This document shows positions 39,575 through 48,725 of a stretch of DNA of 64,000 nucleotides, piece by piece. A program made the position numbers and the translations under genes. Origin of the DNA: Bacteroidia bacterium (GTDB lineage Bacteria; Bacteroidota; Bacteroidia; NS11-12g; UBA9320). Numbering within the stretch: the first letter of the stretch is position 1; each line of letters starts with the position of its first letter. A model generated the notes under the pieces. The model ran no database searches and was not told the origin of the DNA. It saw nothing but the letters and a program-made list of their open reading frames with translations. Location: the NCBI GenBank assembly GCA_965216465.1, contig CBDCFW010000006.1:832001-896000 (forward strand), given 5' to 3'.

Positions 39575-40438
39575 ATGAGACAACTTAAAATTTCAAAACA
39601 GTTTACCAATAGGGAAAACAAGTCATTAGACAAATACCTTAATGAAATTTCTAAAGTGCCGATGATCGATGCTCAAGAAGAAGTGGAATTAGCACGTCGT
39701 ATTCGAGAGGGTGATCAAGCAGCTTTAGAGAAGTTGGTAAATGCCAATCTTCGTTTCGTTGTTTCCGTATCTAAACAGTACCAGAATCAAGGGTTAACCT
39801 TAGGAGATTTAATCAACGAGGGAAATCTTGGTTTGATAAAAGCGGCTAAACGTTTTGATGAAACAAGAGGTTTTAAGTTTATTTCTTATGCTGTTTGGTG
39901 GATTCGTCAATCTATTCTTCAGGCACTTGCAGATCAAAGTAGAATTGTTCGTCTTCCTTTGAACAAGGTTGGATCAATAGGGCGTATCAGTGCAGCAGCT
40001 GCTCGTTTAGAGCAATTGCAAGAGCGTGAGCCTACTGCTGAAGAAATTGCTAAAGAGCTTGAAATTAATGTGACTGAGGTTGAGAATGCATTCAAGTCTT
40101 CTGGTCGTCACTTGTCAATCGATGCTCCATTGATTGAAGGAGAGGATAACAGTTTATTAGGAGTTCTTGATAACAACGATGAGCCTAATCCTGATCAGCC
40201 TTTAATGGATGAGTCGCTTAGAAAAGAAATTAATCGTGTAATCTCGACTCTTTCAGAAAAGGAGCGCGACGTTTTGAAATATTACTACGGCTTAGATGGA
40301 GGTCCGGCACATACCTTAGAAGATATTAGCGATAAGGTTGGACTTACTCGAGAGCGCGTACGTCAGATTAAAGAAAAAGCGCTTAGACGACTAAGAAAGT
40401 CATCAAAAAGCAAAATCCTAAAATCATACTTAGGGTAA
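39575..40438 (+). CDS. rpoD: Bacteroidota-type primary/RpoD-family sigma70 lacking region 1.1
   Basis: MRQLKI start, [43 protein letters not shown]; upstream TACTTTTG at 39532-39539. Could be a paralog of the primary sigma. Confidence 0.88.
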   Translation: MRQLKISKQFTNRENKSLDKYLNEISKVPMIDAQEEVELARRIREGDQAALEKLVNANLRFVVSVSKQYQNQGLTLGDLINEGNLGLIKAAKRFDETRGFKFISYAVWWIRQSILQALADQSRIVRLPLNKVGSIGRISAAAARLEQLQEREPTAEEIAKELEINVTEVENAFKSSGRHLSIDAPLIEGEDNSLLGVLDNNDEPNPDQPLMDESLRKEINRVISTLSEKERDVLKYYYGLDGGPAHTLEDISDKVGLTRERVRQIKEKALRRLRKSSKSKILKSYLG

Positions 40439-40444
40439 GATATT

Positions 40445-40468
40445 AAGGGCCGAAAGGCCCTTTTTTTA
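40445..40468 (+). terminator. Intrinsic terminator
   Basis: AAGGGCC-GAAA-GGCCCTT followed by a T-run. Confidence 0.9.
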
Positions 40469-40573
40469 TGGAACAAATTTGGCTTTAAACTTCAAGGCTT
40501 TCGAAAATTATTTTTTTATTCGATTGAAATAATACTACACTTGCAGTCGAATTAAGTTCTTTAACGAAATTTT

Positions 40574-40672
40574 CTTATCAAGAAAAGCCGAGGGAATTGG
40601 CCCGATGACGCTTTAGCAACCTACCTCCGGTAAGGTGCTAACTCCAATCTCACATATGTGGGAACAGATAAG
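40574..40672 (+). ncRNA. SAM-I (S-box) riboswitch aptamer
   Basis: P1 CTTATC...GATAAG; ATCAAGA, GAGGGA..GGCCCGATGA, GCAACC, GGTGCTAACTCC consensus; lies upstream of methionine genes. Confidence 0.95.
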
Positions 40673-40714
40673 TAGTGAATTGTAACAAATCGTGAGAACA
40701 CGTTAAGATATACA

Positions 40715-40749
40715 AGGCTCTTCTGCTTATCAGGAGAGCCTTTTTTTTT
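40715..40749 (+). terminator. Riboswitch expression-platform terminator
   Basis: AGGCTCTTCTG-CTTAT-CAGGAGAGCCT plus T-run; internal CTGCTTATC (40723-40731) can pair with GATAAGTAG (40667-40675) as antiterminator. Confidence 0.9.
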
Positions 40750-40802
40750 GGCTCTTCCTGAGGCTCTTTTTGATAGTTTTTTAACCTAATAATTATTTAA
40801 AA

Positions 40803-41972
40803 ATGAGCAGAATTACAGAAATTATTCATTCCGTACCAGTAGACGAATTAACAGGATCTATCAGCGTACCCGTTTATCAAACTTCAACATTCGTACAACG
40901 TGCACCTGGTGTAAACAAGGGGTACGACTATGCCCGTTCTGGGAATCCAACTCGTTCAGCCCTCGAAAGTGTGCTTTGCAAACTAGAAAATGGTGCAGGA
41001 GTAAGTGTGTTCTCCACCGGGCTAGCAGCTATTGATGCCGTAATCAAACTATTTAATGCTGGTGATGAGATTATCGCTGTCGATGACATTTATGGAGGTG
41101 CTTACCGCCTCTTTGAACATGTGTTTTCACGATTAGGAATCAAAGTGCACTATGTTGACACTACCGAGACAGCTAATCTAGTTAATTACATTAGTGACAG
41201 AACAAAATGCATTTGGCTAGAAACTCCAACCAATCCTACATTAAAAGTGAGTGACATTAATGCCGCAGCCAAGTTGGCCCAATCTATTGATGCATTATTG
41301 GTTGTAGACAACACATTTGCCAGTCCGATTGCTCAACAGCCGATTCAATTGGGAGCAGACGTTGTTATTCACAGTGCAACAAAGTATTTAGGAGGACATT
41401 CTGATTTGGTAGCTGGAGCAGTTATTTGTAAATCAGAAAAATTAGCTGAACGTATTCAGTTTATTCAAAACGCATCGGGGGCTATTCTGGGACCTTGGGA
41501 TTGTTTTCTAGTGTTGAGAGGAATAGAAACCTTAGACCTAAGATTCAGAAGGCAATGTGAAACAGCATTGCAAATAGCTCAATATTTGGACTCGCATCCT
41601 GATATTGACCAAGTGCATTACCCCGGATTAGTCTCACATCAAAATCATCATATTGCCAAGAAACAACAACGTGGCTTGTACGGCGGAGTTGTATCGTTCT
41701 CACTAAAGGAAGATAAAACTTCTGTAGCGTCAAAGTTTGTTTCGAACACCAAATACTTTAAACTGGCAGAGAGTTTGGGTGGAGTAAAAAGTCTTATTTG
41801 TCAACCGGCCCTTATGACACATGCTTCGGTACCCAGAGAGAAACGCTTGGCATCAGGAGTTCAAGACTCGCTTATCAGATTGTCTTGCGGTATAGAAGAC
41901 GTCGAGGATTTAATCATTGATTTAGAAACAACATTTGAATTGATCAAACGAAAGGAGGTGGAAGTATTATGA
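40803..41972 (+). CDS. Cys/Met metabolism PLP enzyme (cystathionine gamma-synthase/lyase, MetB-like)
   Basis: YARSGNPTR, WLETPTNP, VDNTFASP, HSATKYLGGHSD, AESLGGVKSL. Confidence 0.92.
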   Translation: MSRITEIIHSVPVDELTGSISVPVYQTSTFVQRAPGVNKGYDYARSGNPTRSALESVLCKLENGAGVSVFSTGLAAIDAVIKLFNAGDEIIAVDDIYGGAYRLFEHVFSRLGIKVHYVDTTETANLVNYISDRTKCIWLETPTNPTLKVSDINAAAKLAQSIDALLVVDNTFASPIAQQPIQLGADVVIHSATKYLGGHSDLVAGAVICKSEKLAERIQFIQNASGAILGPWDCFLVLRGIETLDLRFRRQCETALQIAQYLDSHPDIDQVHYPGLVSHQNHHIAKKQQRGLYGGVVSFSLKEDKTSVASKFVSNTKYFKLAESLGGVKSLICQPALMTHASVPREKRLASGVQDSLIRLSCGIEDVEDLIIDLETTFELIKRKEVEVL

Positions 41973-43141
41973 GTAAATTTAATATAGGGTTATTTGGTTT
42001 TGGAGTTGTTGGGGAAGGAATTTACAATGTTATTTCTCAGCAGAATCAGCTAGATGCTGAGATTGTTAAGATCGTGGTCAAGCAAGAATCAAAATCGAGA
42101 AATGCACCTTCAGAGCTATTTTCTCTTAATCAAGATGAAATTTTTAATAATTCAGAAATCAACTTAATTGTAGAGTTAATAGACGACGCCGATGCGGCCT
42201 ATCAAATTGTAAAGCGAGCACTGCTATTGGGTAAATCGGTGGTGAGTGCAAACAAGAAAATGATAGCCAACCACCATCAAGAATTAATTGCATTGAGCAA
42301 AAAGCGAAAGGTGTCTTTTCTTTATGAAGCTGCGGTGTGTGGAAGTGTGCCTATTATTCGAAATCTTGAAGAATACTTTGATCATGATGAGTTGTCATCG
42401 GTACAAGGCATTGTGAACGGATCAACCAACTTCATATTAAGTCAAATGAGCAAAAATGGAGTCAGTTTTAACGAAGCATTAACCACTGCTCAAGAAAAAG
42501 GATTTGCAGAATCAGATCCCACTCTTGATGTTGAAGGGGTAGATGCAGCCTATAAACTTAGCCTTATTTGCTTGCATGGCTTTGGAAGCAGTGTACCAAG
42601 CAATCATGTTATACGAAAGGGAATCACGTCGGTCAATGCCTTCGATATTCAATTTGGCAAAAAACACAATCTTGCTATCAAGCTAATAGCTCAATGCCAT
42701 ACATCGAAAGGAAACGTTCAAGCACTATCTGTATTTCCAACATTTGTTCAAGAAGATTCAAATTTTGGGCGAACTGACAACGAGTATAATTCAGTAAAGT
42801 TGAATAGTGCGTTCGCAGATGAGCAATACTTTTATGGTAAAGGGGCAGGAAGATATCCAACTTCAGCAGCCGTTCTCAGTGATATTTCTGCCCTATCGTA
42901 CGGCTATGCGTATGCTTACAAGAAAGGAGTAGAAAGATGCAAACCAAGTAATCAGTTACGGGCAAAGTTTTTTGTAAGCTTTGATGCCAAGTGTAGTCTC
43001 GACAGATCAATCTTTGATAAAATTGATGAAGAGTATAATGGGCATACACGGAGCTATGTAGTTGGAGCGATATCGTTGAAGAAACTGAATGCTAGTGGCA
43101 TACTTAATGATGATACAATCTCAGTAGTTTGCTACAATTAG
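41969..43141 (+). CDS. hom: Homoserine dehydrogenase
   Basis: GFGVVG, VVSANKK, YEAAVCGSVPII, NGSTNFIL, GFAESDPTLDVEG, GAGRYPTSAAV. Confidence 0.93.
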   Translation: MSKFNIGLFGFGVVGEGIYNVISQQNQLDAEIVKIVVKQESKSRNAPSELFSLNQDEIFNNSEINLIVELIDDADAAYQIVKRALLLGKSVVSANKKMIANHHQELIALSKKRKVSFLYEAAVCGSVPIIRNLEEYFDHDELSSVQGIVNGSTNFILSQMSKNGVSFNEALTTAQEKGFAESDPTLDVEGVDAAYKLSLICLHGFGSSVPSNHVIRKGITSVNAFDIQFGKKHNLAIKLIAQCHTSKGNVQALSVFPTFVQEDSNFGRTDNEYNSVKLNSAFADEQYFYGKGAGRYPTSAAVLSDISALSYGYAYAYKKGVERCKPSNQLRAKFFVSFDAKCSLDRSIFDKIDEEYNGHTRSYVVGAISLKKLNASGILNDDTISVVCYN

Positions 43142-43269
43142 TTGGCGATAAATTGATCTGGAGCAGTTCAGATGGACCGTTTAGTATGTGACTTTGTTTT
43201 ACCCACCAACACCTTTGCATCTTTCAGTTTACGTGCAAAGCGGTCCATTTCTCCTGAAGTGAGAAATGA

Positions 43270-44157
43270 TTACTTGCTTAAGATTTTTTTAAGATCGTCA
43301 ATACCAGATAAAAGCATAAGATTATTGCATTCTGGCATCGTACACTGACTATTTTGAACGCCGCCTCCACCAATAAGCAATTTTGTTTCCAGAAGCTTGT
43401 TTGAGATTTTATCAAGGTATGCAGAAAGTTTATTATCAGGCCTTGACGTTATAAATAGTGTCAAAATATGCGTTGGGTTGGTTAGCTCTGCACATTCCAT
43501 TACTCCGTCAAAAGGCACACTTGAACCCAAGTAAATGCATTCATATCCAGCCTTGCGAATGAGGTAGTAGCCATAAAGAAGGCCAATTTCATGGTTTTCG
43601 TCGTCGGGTAAGTAAAGTAAAAACTTTTTGCTACCCTTTCTTTGAGGAAGACTGTTTATAGCACTGTACAACTTCTGTCTTAACAATTGACTTGCAAAAT
43701 GTTCCTGAGCAGGATAAAGCTTATTAACTGACCATAGCATGCCTATCTTTCCTAAGAGAGGATATACGATTTCTTCAATGGTCTCTTCCAGTCCGAACAT
43801 TTTTATACATTCAGCATAAGTGTCTTCAAACGCATAAATGTCACATTTTAGCGTAGCTACGATAAGCTTGTTCGTCAAGAAAGCGTTGTTGTGGTCTTCA
43901 TCAAAAGAAATAAGCGATTCAATCTCAGAATGGAGCTGGTCGTTATTAAGCGAGCTTGCTCTGCTAATCTTCATACCACTATCTAACAATGTGGTTATGT
44001 TCAACAGTTTTTTCAGATCTTGATGGCTATACGTCCGAATATTGGTTGGTGTTCGATCGGGCTCAAAAATGCTATAGCGCTTCTCCCACATCCTAATGGT
44101 ATGGGCCTTAATTCCGCTCAGATTCTCAAGATCTCGTATGCTAAGTCTGCTTATCAC
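43270..44157 (-). CDS. MerR-family regulator with cobalamin-binding domain (CarH/LitR-like)
   Basis: MerR HTH (HTIRMWEKRY); W-x9-EH (WSVNKLYPAQEH); ExHxxG (ENHEIG); YLG. Confidence 0.87.
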   Translation of the reverse strand: MISRLSIRDLENLSGIKAHTIRMWEKRYSIFEPDRTPTNIRTYSHQDLKKLLNITTLLDSGMKISRASSLNNDQLHSEIESLISFDEDHNNAFLTNKLIVATLKCDIYAFEDTYAECIKMFGLEETIEEIVYPLLGKIGMLWSVNKLYPAQEHFASQLLRQKLYSAINSLPQRKGSKKFLLYLPDDENHEIGLLYGYYLIRKAGYECIYLGSSVPFDGVMECAELTNPTHILTLFITSRPDNKLSAYLDKISNKLLETKLLIGGGGVQNSQCTMPECNNLMLLSGIDDLKKILSK

Positions 44158-44205
44158 TTACTTTCTAAAAGGAATAACAGTGCAATAATGTTTGTTTTGG
44201 GGCAT

Positions 44206-44232
44206 AAAAAAAAGGCTGCTACAGCAACCTTT
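44206..44232 (-). terminator. Intrinsic terminator after the Spy-like gene
   Basis: Minus strand AAAGGTTGC-TGTA-GCAGCCTTT plus T-run. Confidence 0.8.
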
Positions 44233-44252
44233 TCTTCATTTTGTATACGCTA

Positions 44253-44990
44253 TTACTTCGAAAGCAAGAAGCGATAGAGTCGTTTCTTTTCTGCTTTTTG
44301 TGATTTCTTATGCGTTTTTCGAGGTTTAACGTTTTGCTCAGATGCAATTTCTTGTCTTTGCTTTTCGGCTTCATCAAAAACAGGTTTTAGATCTACCATA
44401 ATTGCATCTAATTCTGTTTGATGAGCTGAAATAATGGGGTCAAGCATTTGATTAATTTCCTGACGCTTTGCTTTGAGTTCTTCCCTTTCTTGCTCTGTAA
44501 GTGTCTTACGCTCGCCTTTCTTATGCTTTGGCTTTAAAGCTCTTGCTTCTTCTATGATCTGCTTTTCATCTTCGGTGAGCAACTTGTCAAATTCAACTCT
44601 TTTGGCTTGTACTTGAGGCTTAACATGCTCTTTGTGGTACTGTTTAATCTGCTGATGAGCTTCTTTTCTCTCCGTTTTCATTTGTTTATGAACTTCTTTC
44701 AGGGCTATTATTTGATCCTCATCAAGAACTTCATGAATGGCAGTTCGTTGGTCTTTTTTAATGGCTTTGAAGGCTTCTTTATTTTTCTCCCCACTTAATT
44801 TTAGGGCTTTAATTTCTTCAGCACTTTTCAGCATAATTTGGTACACATCAGTTTTTTGATCTTCACTTAATTGAACTTTTTGATCAAGTAGTTCTACGTG
44901 TTTTTTCGCTCTCTCTTCTGGAGATACTTTTTGAGCTATTACCGCCTGGCAGAATAACATCAGTACTAGTGTTAATTTAATTACCTTCAT
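44253..44990 (-). CDS. Exported all-helical K/E-rich protein (Spy/CpxP-like repeats)
   Basis: Signal peptide ending IAQ; LSEDQK, LDEDQ, LTEDEK, LTEQER repeats. Confidence 0.65.
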   Translation of the reverse strand: MKVIKLTLVLMLFCQAVIAQKVSPEERAKKHVELLDQKVQLSEDQKTDVYQIMLKSAEEIKALKLSGEKNKEAFKAIKKDQRTAIHEVLDEDQIIALKEVHKQMKTERKEAHQQIKQYHKEHVKPQVQAKRVEFDKLLTEDEKQIIEEARALKPKHKKGERKTLTEQEREELKAKRQEINQMLDPIISAHQTELDAIMVDLKPVFDEAEKQRQEIASEQNVKPRKTHKKSQKAEKKRLYRFLLSK

Positions 44991-45008
44991 ATCTTATCGT
45001 TTATTTCT

Positions 45009-45036
45009 TTGACATGAATAACACAAGTTTTATTCC
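45009..45036 (-). promoter_or_regulatory. Putative ECF promoter GGAAT-N17-TGTCAA (target copy)
   Basis: Plus strand TTGACA 45009-45014 and ATTCC 45032-45036; same elements and spacing at 46294-46321. Confidence 0.68.
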
Positions 45037-45055
45037 ATTTAGTGCCAGAGTCGGC

Positions 45056-45466
45056 CTATTTATGCTCAGAATGGCGAGATCTTTGGCGGTCATGACGTGG
45101 TCCGTGAGGAGGTCTCGAAGCCCTATGTTCCTTAATTCTTTCTAGTTTTTGAATCTGATTATCTTTCAGGTGTGGAGTTATTTTTTGAAACATTTCATTT
45201 CGCAGCGAATCCATCTCTGCACGATGTTTTTGCCGTACTTCTTTGTGTACAGGTAACATAGAATCTAGAATAGGTTTTATCTCTGATTCTTGTTCTTCAG
45301 TTAAATCAAGGCGTTTCATCCAATGTCTTCCTTCTGCTTTTGGATTGTGGGTCATTTCATGGATGTGCTTGATTCTTTTTTTGGCCATTCTCCCAGAAAT
45401 GAAAAAACCAAGTACAAACCCCATCAGTAGGGTTAAGGTTAGTGTAAGTATCAATTTTTTACTCAT
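45056..45466 (-). CDS. Membrane-anchored periplasmic His/Met-rich helical protein (CnrX/ZraP/Spy-like sensor)
   Basis: N-terminal TM; LDLTEEQ and LKDNQ motifs; HIHEMTH, HKEVRQKHRAEM, His-rich tail. Confidence 0.65.
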   Translation of the reverse strand: MSKKLILTLTLTLLMGFVLGFFISGRMAKKRIKHIHEMTHNPKAEGRHWMKRLDLTEEQESEIKPILDSMLPVHKEVRQKHRAEMDSLRNEMFQKITPHLKDNQIQKLERIKEHRASRPPHGPRHDRQRSRHSEHK

Positions 45467-45468
45467 GA

Positions 45469-45729
45469 TTATAGATATTCAAAAATGTCTGTTGATGATG
45501 AAAAGCTAAGTTGATCAACGCCCAATAGCGTGTCGTAGTTTATTGAGCCATCTTGAAAGTAGATGAGCCCAAGACAAACGGCAATCGATGCGGCAATACC
45601 ACTAACCAGCCATTTGTAGCTTGGTAAATGTATAACTTTGGCAGGTTCAATACTCTCCATAACAAGTTCTTCGAAGCTTGCATCAAAGCTGTATTGCATC
45701 TTTTTTAATTGTTCGTCTGTGTTATTCAT
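45469..45729 (-). CDS. Small single-TM putative anti-sigma factor
   Basis: 86 aa, overlaps the ECF stop codon, KVIHL then TM WLVSGIAASIAVCLGLIYF. Confidence 0.68.
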   Translation of the reverse strand: MNNTDEQLKKMQYSFDASFEELVMESIEPAKVIHLPSYKWLVSGIAASIAVCLGLIYFQDGSINYDTLLGVDQLSFSSSTDIFEYL

Positions 45730-46279
45730 GCTGATAGTTTAAATCTTTTTCGAGGATTAATTTTAATTTTTCCATTCCGCGTTTTAATCGAGAAAGGACG
45801 GTTCCTTTTGGAACTTCTAGAATATCTGCTGTTTCTTGCGTGCTAAAGCCTTGTATCATTCGAATAACAACAACACTGCGGTGCTTATCGTCGAGTCGCT
45901 TTAAAGCTTGAGCAATTATTTCTTTGCTTTCGAAATCATCTGAACCTGTTGTTATCCGGTGGCTTGCTTTGGATAAGTCTAAACTTCTCTTGGCAAAGTT
46001 TTGTCTCCTTTTAAGCACGTTAATGCTCAAATTCATTGTGATACGGGTTAAGTAAGTTGCAAGTTTTGCATCTTTTCTAAACTGGGGTAAAGAACGGTGA
46101 AGCCGAATGAATACCTCTTGACCAACTTCAGTGGCATCGTGGTAATCTCCAACCATATTCATTGCAACAGTTGCAACCATACTTTTATGTCTGGTTATAA
46201 TCTCTTTGAACGCAGCCTGATTGCCCGATTTAGACAAATCGACAAGTTCAAAATCAGATAGTTTGGTTACAGATTGCAA
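45722..46279 (-). CDS. ECF sigma factor
   Basis: EVGQEVFIRL, TYLTRITMNLS, STQETADILEVPKGTVLSRLKRG. Confidence 0.93.
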   Translation of the reverse strand: MQSVTKLSDFELVDLSKSGNQAAFKEIITRHKSMVATVAMNMVGDYHDATEVGQEVFIRLHRSLPQFRKDAKLATYLTRITMNLSINVLKRRQNFAKRSLDLSKASHRITTGSDDFESKEIIAQALKRLDDKHRSVVVIRMIQGFSTQETADILEVPKGTVLSRLKRGMEKLKLILEKDLNYQHE

Positions 46280-46293
46280 TTGCTTTTACCTTA

Positions 46294-46321
46294 TTGACAA
46301 TGTAAAGCATTAAAAGATTCC
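46294..46321 (-). promoter_or_regulatory. Putative autoregulatory ECF promoter GGAAT-N17-TGTCAA
   Basis: Plus strand TTGACA 46294-46299 and ATTCC 46317-46321, 15 nt upstream of the sigma start. Confidence 0.68.
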
Positions 46322-46517
46322 AAGAAAATTAGTGAATTTTACATCCAGCCCATTTCGACTTTGGTCTTATTTCTCGTGTTGCATTTATTTCTTGAGGCAC
46401 AAGAACTCAACACGGTAGCGAGACCGAAAAGTGCTAGAAAAAAGATAGCTTTTTGCTTAGAAGACATATGCAAGTATAACGTTCTTGAAACAATATGTAT
46501 TATTCAGATATGCCATT

Positions 46518-47669
46518 TTAGTGCAAGAGCTGTATAGCGTCTAGGTATCGGTCCGGCAAATCGCCACTTGTAGCCTGCTGATAATCAGAGTATAAGCAAG
46601 GAATAATCAAGTTTTTATCGCGGTTGTTTAGACTTCTGGGATGTGGAATCTCCATCCACCATCTATTCGTTCTTTTGCTTTTATGAAAGATGATGTCCTG
46701 GTGATTGTTTTCAAACCCACATCTATAACGTAAAAACTCGTCGTGCAAACTGGGGTGATCTTGTCTTCTATTAGCGTATCCATCAATGAAGTACCAAATA
46801 ATTTGGGCTGCAAGTTGAGAAGTTAAGTTTCGGTTATCTAATCGAGGGTTTACTTCAAATAAGCCAAAGCATTGAGAAGTATCACTTACTCCAGCATACC
46901 ATGCTAATTGACAAGCCATGTCACCTTCTAGTCCCAATTGGATTTCCATTTTCATTACCAGGAGCATCAGAACTCTTAATAGCACTGATATCCATCAAGG
47001 TAAGATGGTTGTTTCTCAAAAGCAGTTCGGCCTCCTCAACATTTTTCTTTAAAGCACCTAAGCGGAGATGTCCCAAAATTCAAATTCTGAAGTACATCGA
47101 GCATTTTGGGAGGCACTGTAGTGCCCTTGAAATGCTAAGGCATTTAAGCGTAGCAAGTGGTTTGGCTCGTTTCGAATTATACCATCGAGTAATTGTCCTT
47201 CCAATATTGGAATACGCGACGAGATGTACGAGATTTCAATGCTTTGATTGTGGTTGGCAAAACTTTCATAAAGGGCTTGACCAAGCTGATAGCTTCCTCC
47301 AATAACAATGCTGACAATGTTTTGCTCATGAAGTTGCTCAACAATATCTTTTAATCCAACAAGCGTATCATCGAAAGTTTCACCGCTTTTTAGGTTTCCA
47401 AGATCAACTACAGATTTTTCAATGTAGGTGTTAGAAACCAATTTATACAGTTCCTTTCTAATTTGGTTAGGAGCTTCAATGGTTCCTTCGTTTTGCAATT
47501 CGAGATTTTCGGGTACCCCAATTATTGCAAGATTAATTTGCTCTAGAGATGGGAATTTTTCATCGTACTTAGCAAGCGAAGCACCGAGCTCGAATGGCTG
47601 ATATTCATTAGATATTTTTAATCGTTTCGAAGTATTCCTGAAACATTGAATATATTCGTGATTCAACAA
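46518..47669 (-). pseudogene. Arginase/formiminoglutamase-family gene interrupted by three +1 insertions (pseudogene or sequencing error)
   Basis: N-part (IIGVPE, DLGNL, VIGG) and C-part (ACQLAWYAG, AAQIIWYFIDG, KSKRTNRWW) join into one ORF when single bases are removed at ~47117, 47072-74 and 46933-35. Confidence 0.8.
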
Positions 47670-47687
47670 AAGTAATCATAGAATAAC

Positions 47688-48698
47688 GTGACTTTTGCCG
47701 TAACCGGAGCGAATGGATTTTTAGGTGTATATATTTTACATCACTTGGTTAAAAAAGGACATCATGTGAAAGCTTTAGTGCGGCCTTCCTCCTCTCTTAA
47801 TTTGTTTAATCAGATCAGCGATTATTACCAACTAACAGATAATCAGAAAGAATTAATTGAATGGGTTCATGTTTCTTTATATGACACTTATGCACTCAAT
47901 GAAGTTTTTGAAAATGTAGATTATGTAATCCATCTAGCAGGTAAAATTTCTTACTTAAAAAGAGAGCTTCCAGACTTAATTCATGTTAATCGAGATTTTA
48001 CTGCCGCAGTTGTTGATGCATGCTTGTCAGCCAACGTAAAGCGATTGATTTATTGCAGTAGCACCTCGGCAATTTCTAAGAACAATACAAACGCGGTTGT
48101 AGTTGAGTCAAAAGAATGGGACGATAAGTTAGAGCATAGCAATTATGGTTATACGAAGCACCTTGGCGAAATGGAAGTGTGGCGAGGAATAGAAGAAGGC
48201 TTAGCAGCTAATATTATCAACCCAGGGGTTATTTTAGGTTATGCCAATTGGAATGACGGTTCGAATAAGCTTTTTCGAAATGCATTTCAATCTTTCCCTT
48301 TTTTCAGTGAGGGTATTACCGGTTTTGTTGGAGTTTCAGATGTAGCCGATATCGTATATAGATTATGCAACTCTGAAGTGGTAGGAGAGCAGTTTCTAGT
48401 TATCTCTGAGAATAAGTCGTACGGTGATATTGCTCGCATGATGGCCAAACACTTTGATAAAAAACCACCTCGATTTGAAGTTAAAGGATTGCTGTATCGT
48501 TTGATTTATGGCTTTATAAGCCTAAAAGAAAGATTAGGTTTAGGTGGTTTACTTTCAAAAGAGACCGTAAAGGCTAGTATTGCTAAAAATCAATTTTCAA
48601 ACCAGAAGATTAAAGACGCTTTAAACTATGAGTTTGAATCGATGGAAGAAGTAATTTCAGCAGCAACGGAGGCATATAAAAAAAGCCCACCGAAGTGA
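47688..48698 (+). CDS. NAD-dependent epimerase/dehydratase family protein
   Basis: VTGANGFLG, VIHLAG, YGYTK, INPGVILG. Confidence 0.9.
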   Translation: MTFAVTGANGFLGVYILHHLVKKGHHVKALVRPSSSLNLFNQISDYYQLTDNQKELIEWVHVSLYDTYALNEVFENVDYVIHLAGKISYLKRELPDLIHVNRDFTAAVVDACLSANVKRLIYCSSTSAISKNNTNAVVVESKEWDDKLEHSNYGYTKHLGEMEVWRGIEEGLAANIINPGVILGYANWNDGSNKLFRNAFQSFPFFSEGITGFVGVSDVADIVYRLCNSEVVGEQFLVISENKSYGDIARMMAKHFDKKPPRFEVKGLLYRLIYGFISLKERLGLGGLLSKETVKASIAKNQFSNQKIKDALNYEFESMEEVISAATEAYKKSPPK

Positions 48699-48705
48699 GC
48701 TTTTT
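48678..48705. terminator. Probable bidirectional terminator
   Basis: AAAAAGCCCAC-CGAA-GTGAGCTTTTT between convergent genes. Confidence 0.7.
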
Positions 48706-48725
48706 CATTGTATTTAAATTCTAGA

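Noticed and set aside
44221-44232. GCAACCTTT resembling the first ECF -35 box
   Set aside because: It is one arm of a terminator hairpin and has no TCTAA box at the right spacing.
46901-47305. 134-aa plus-strand ORF over the frameshifted region
   Set aside because: It is antisense to the reconstructed arginase-family reading frame and has no independent coding signal.
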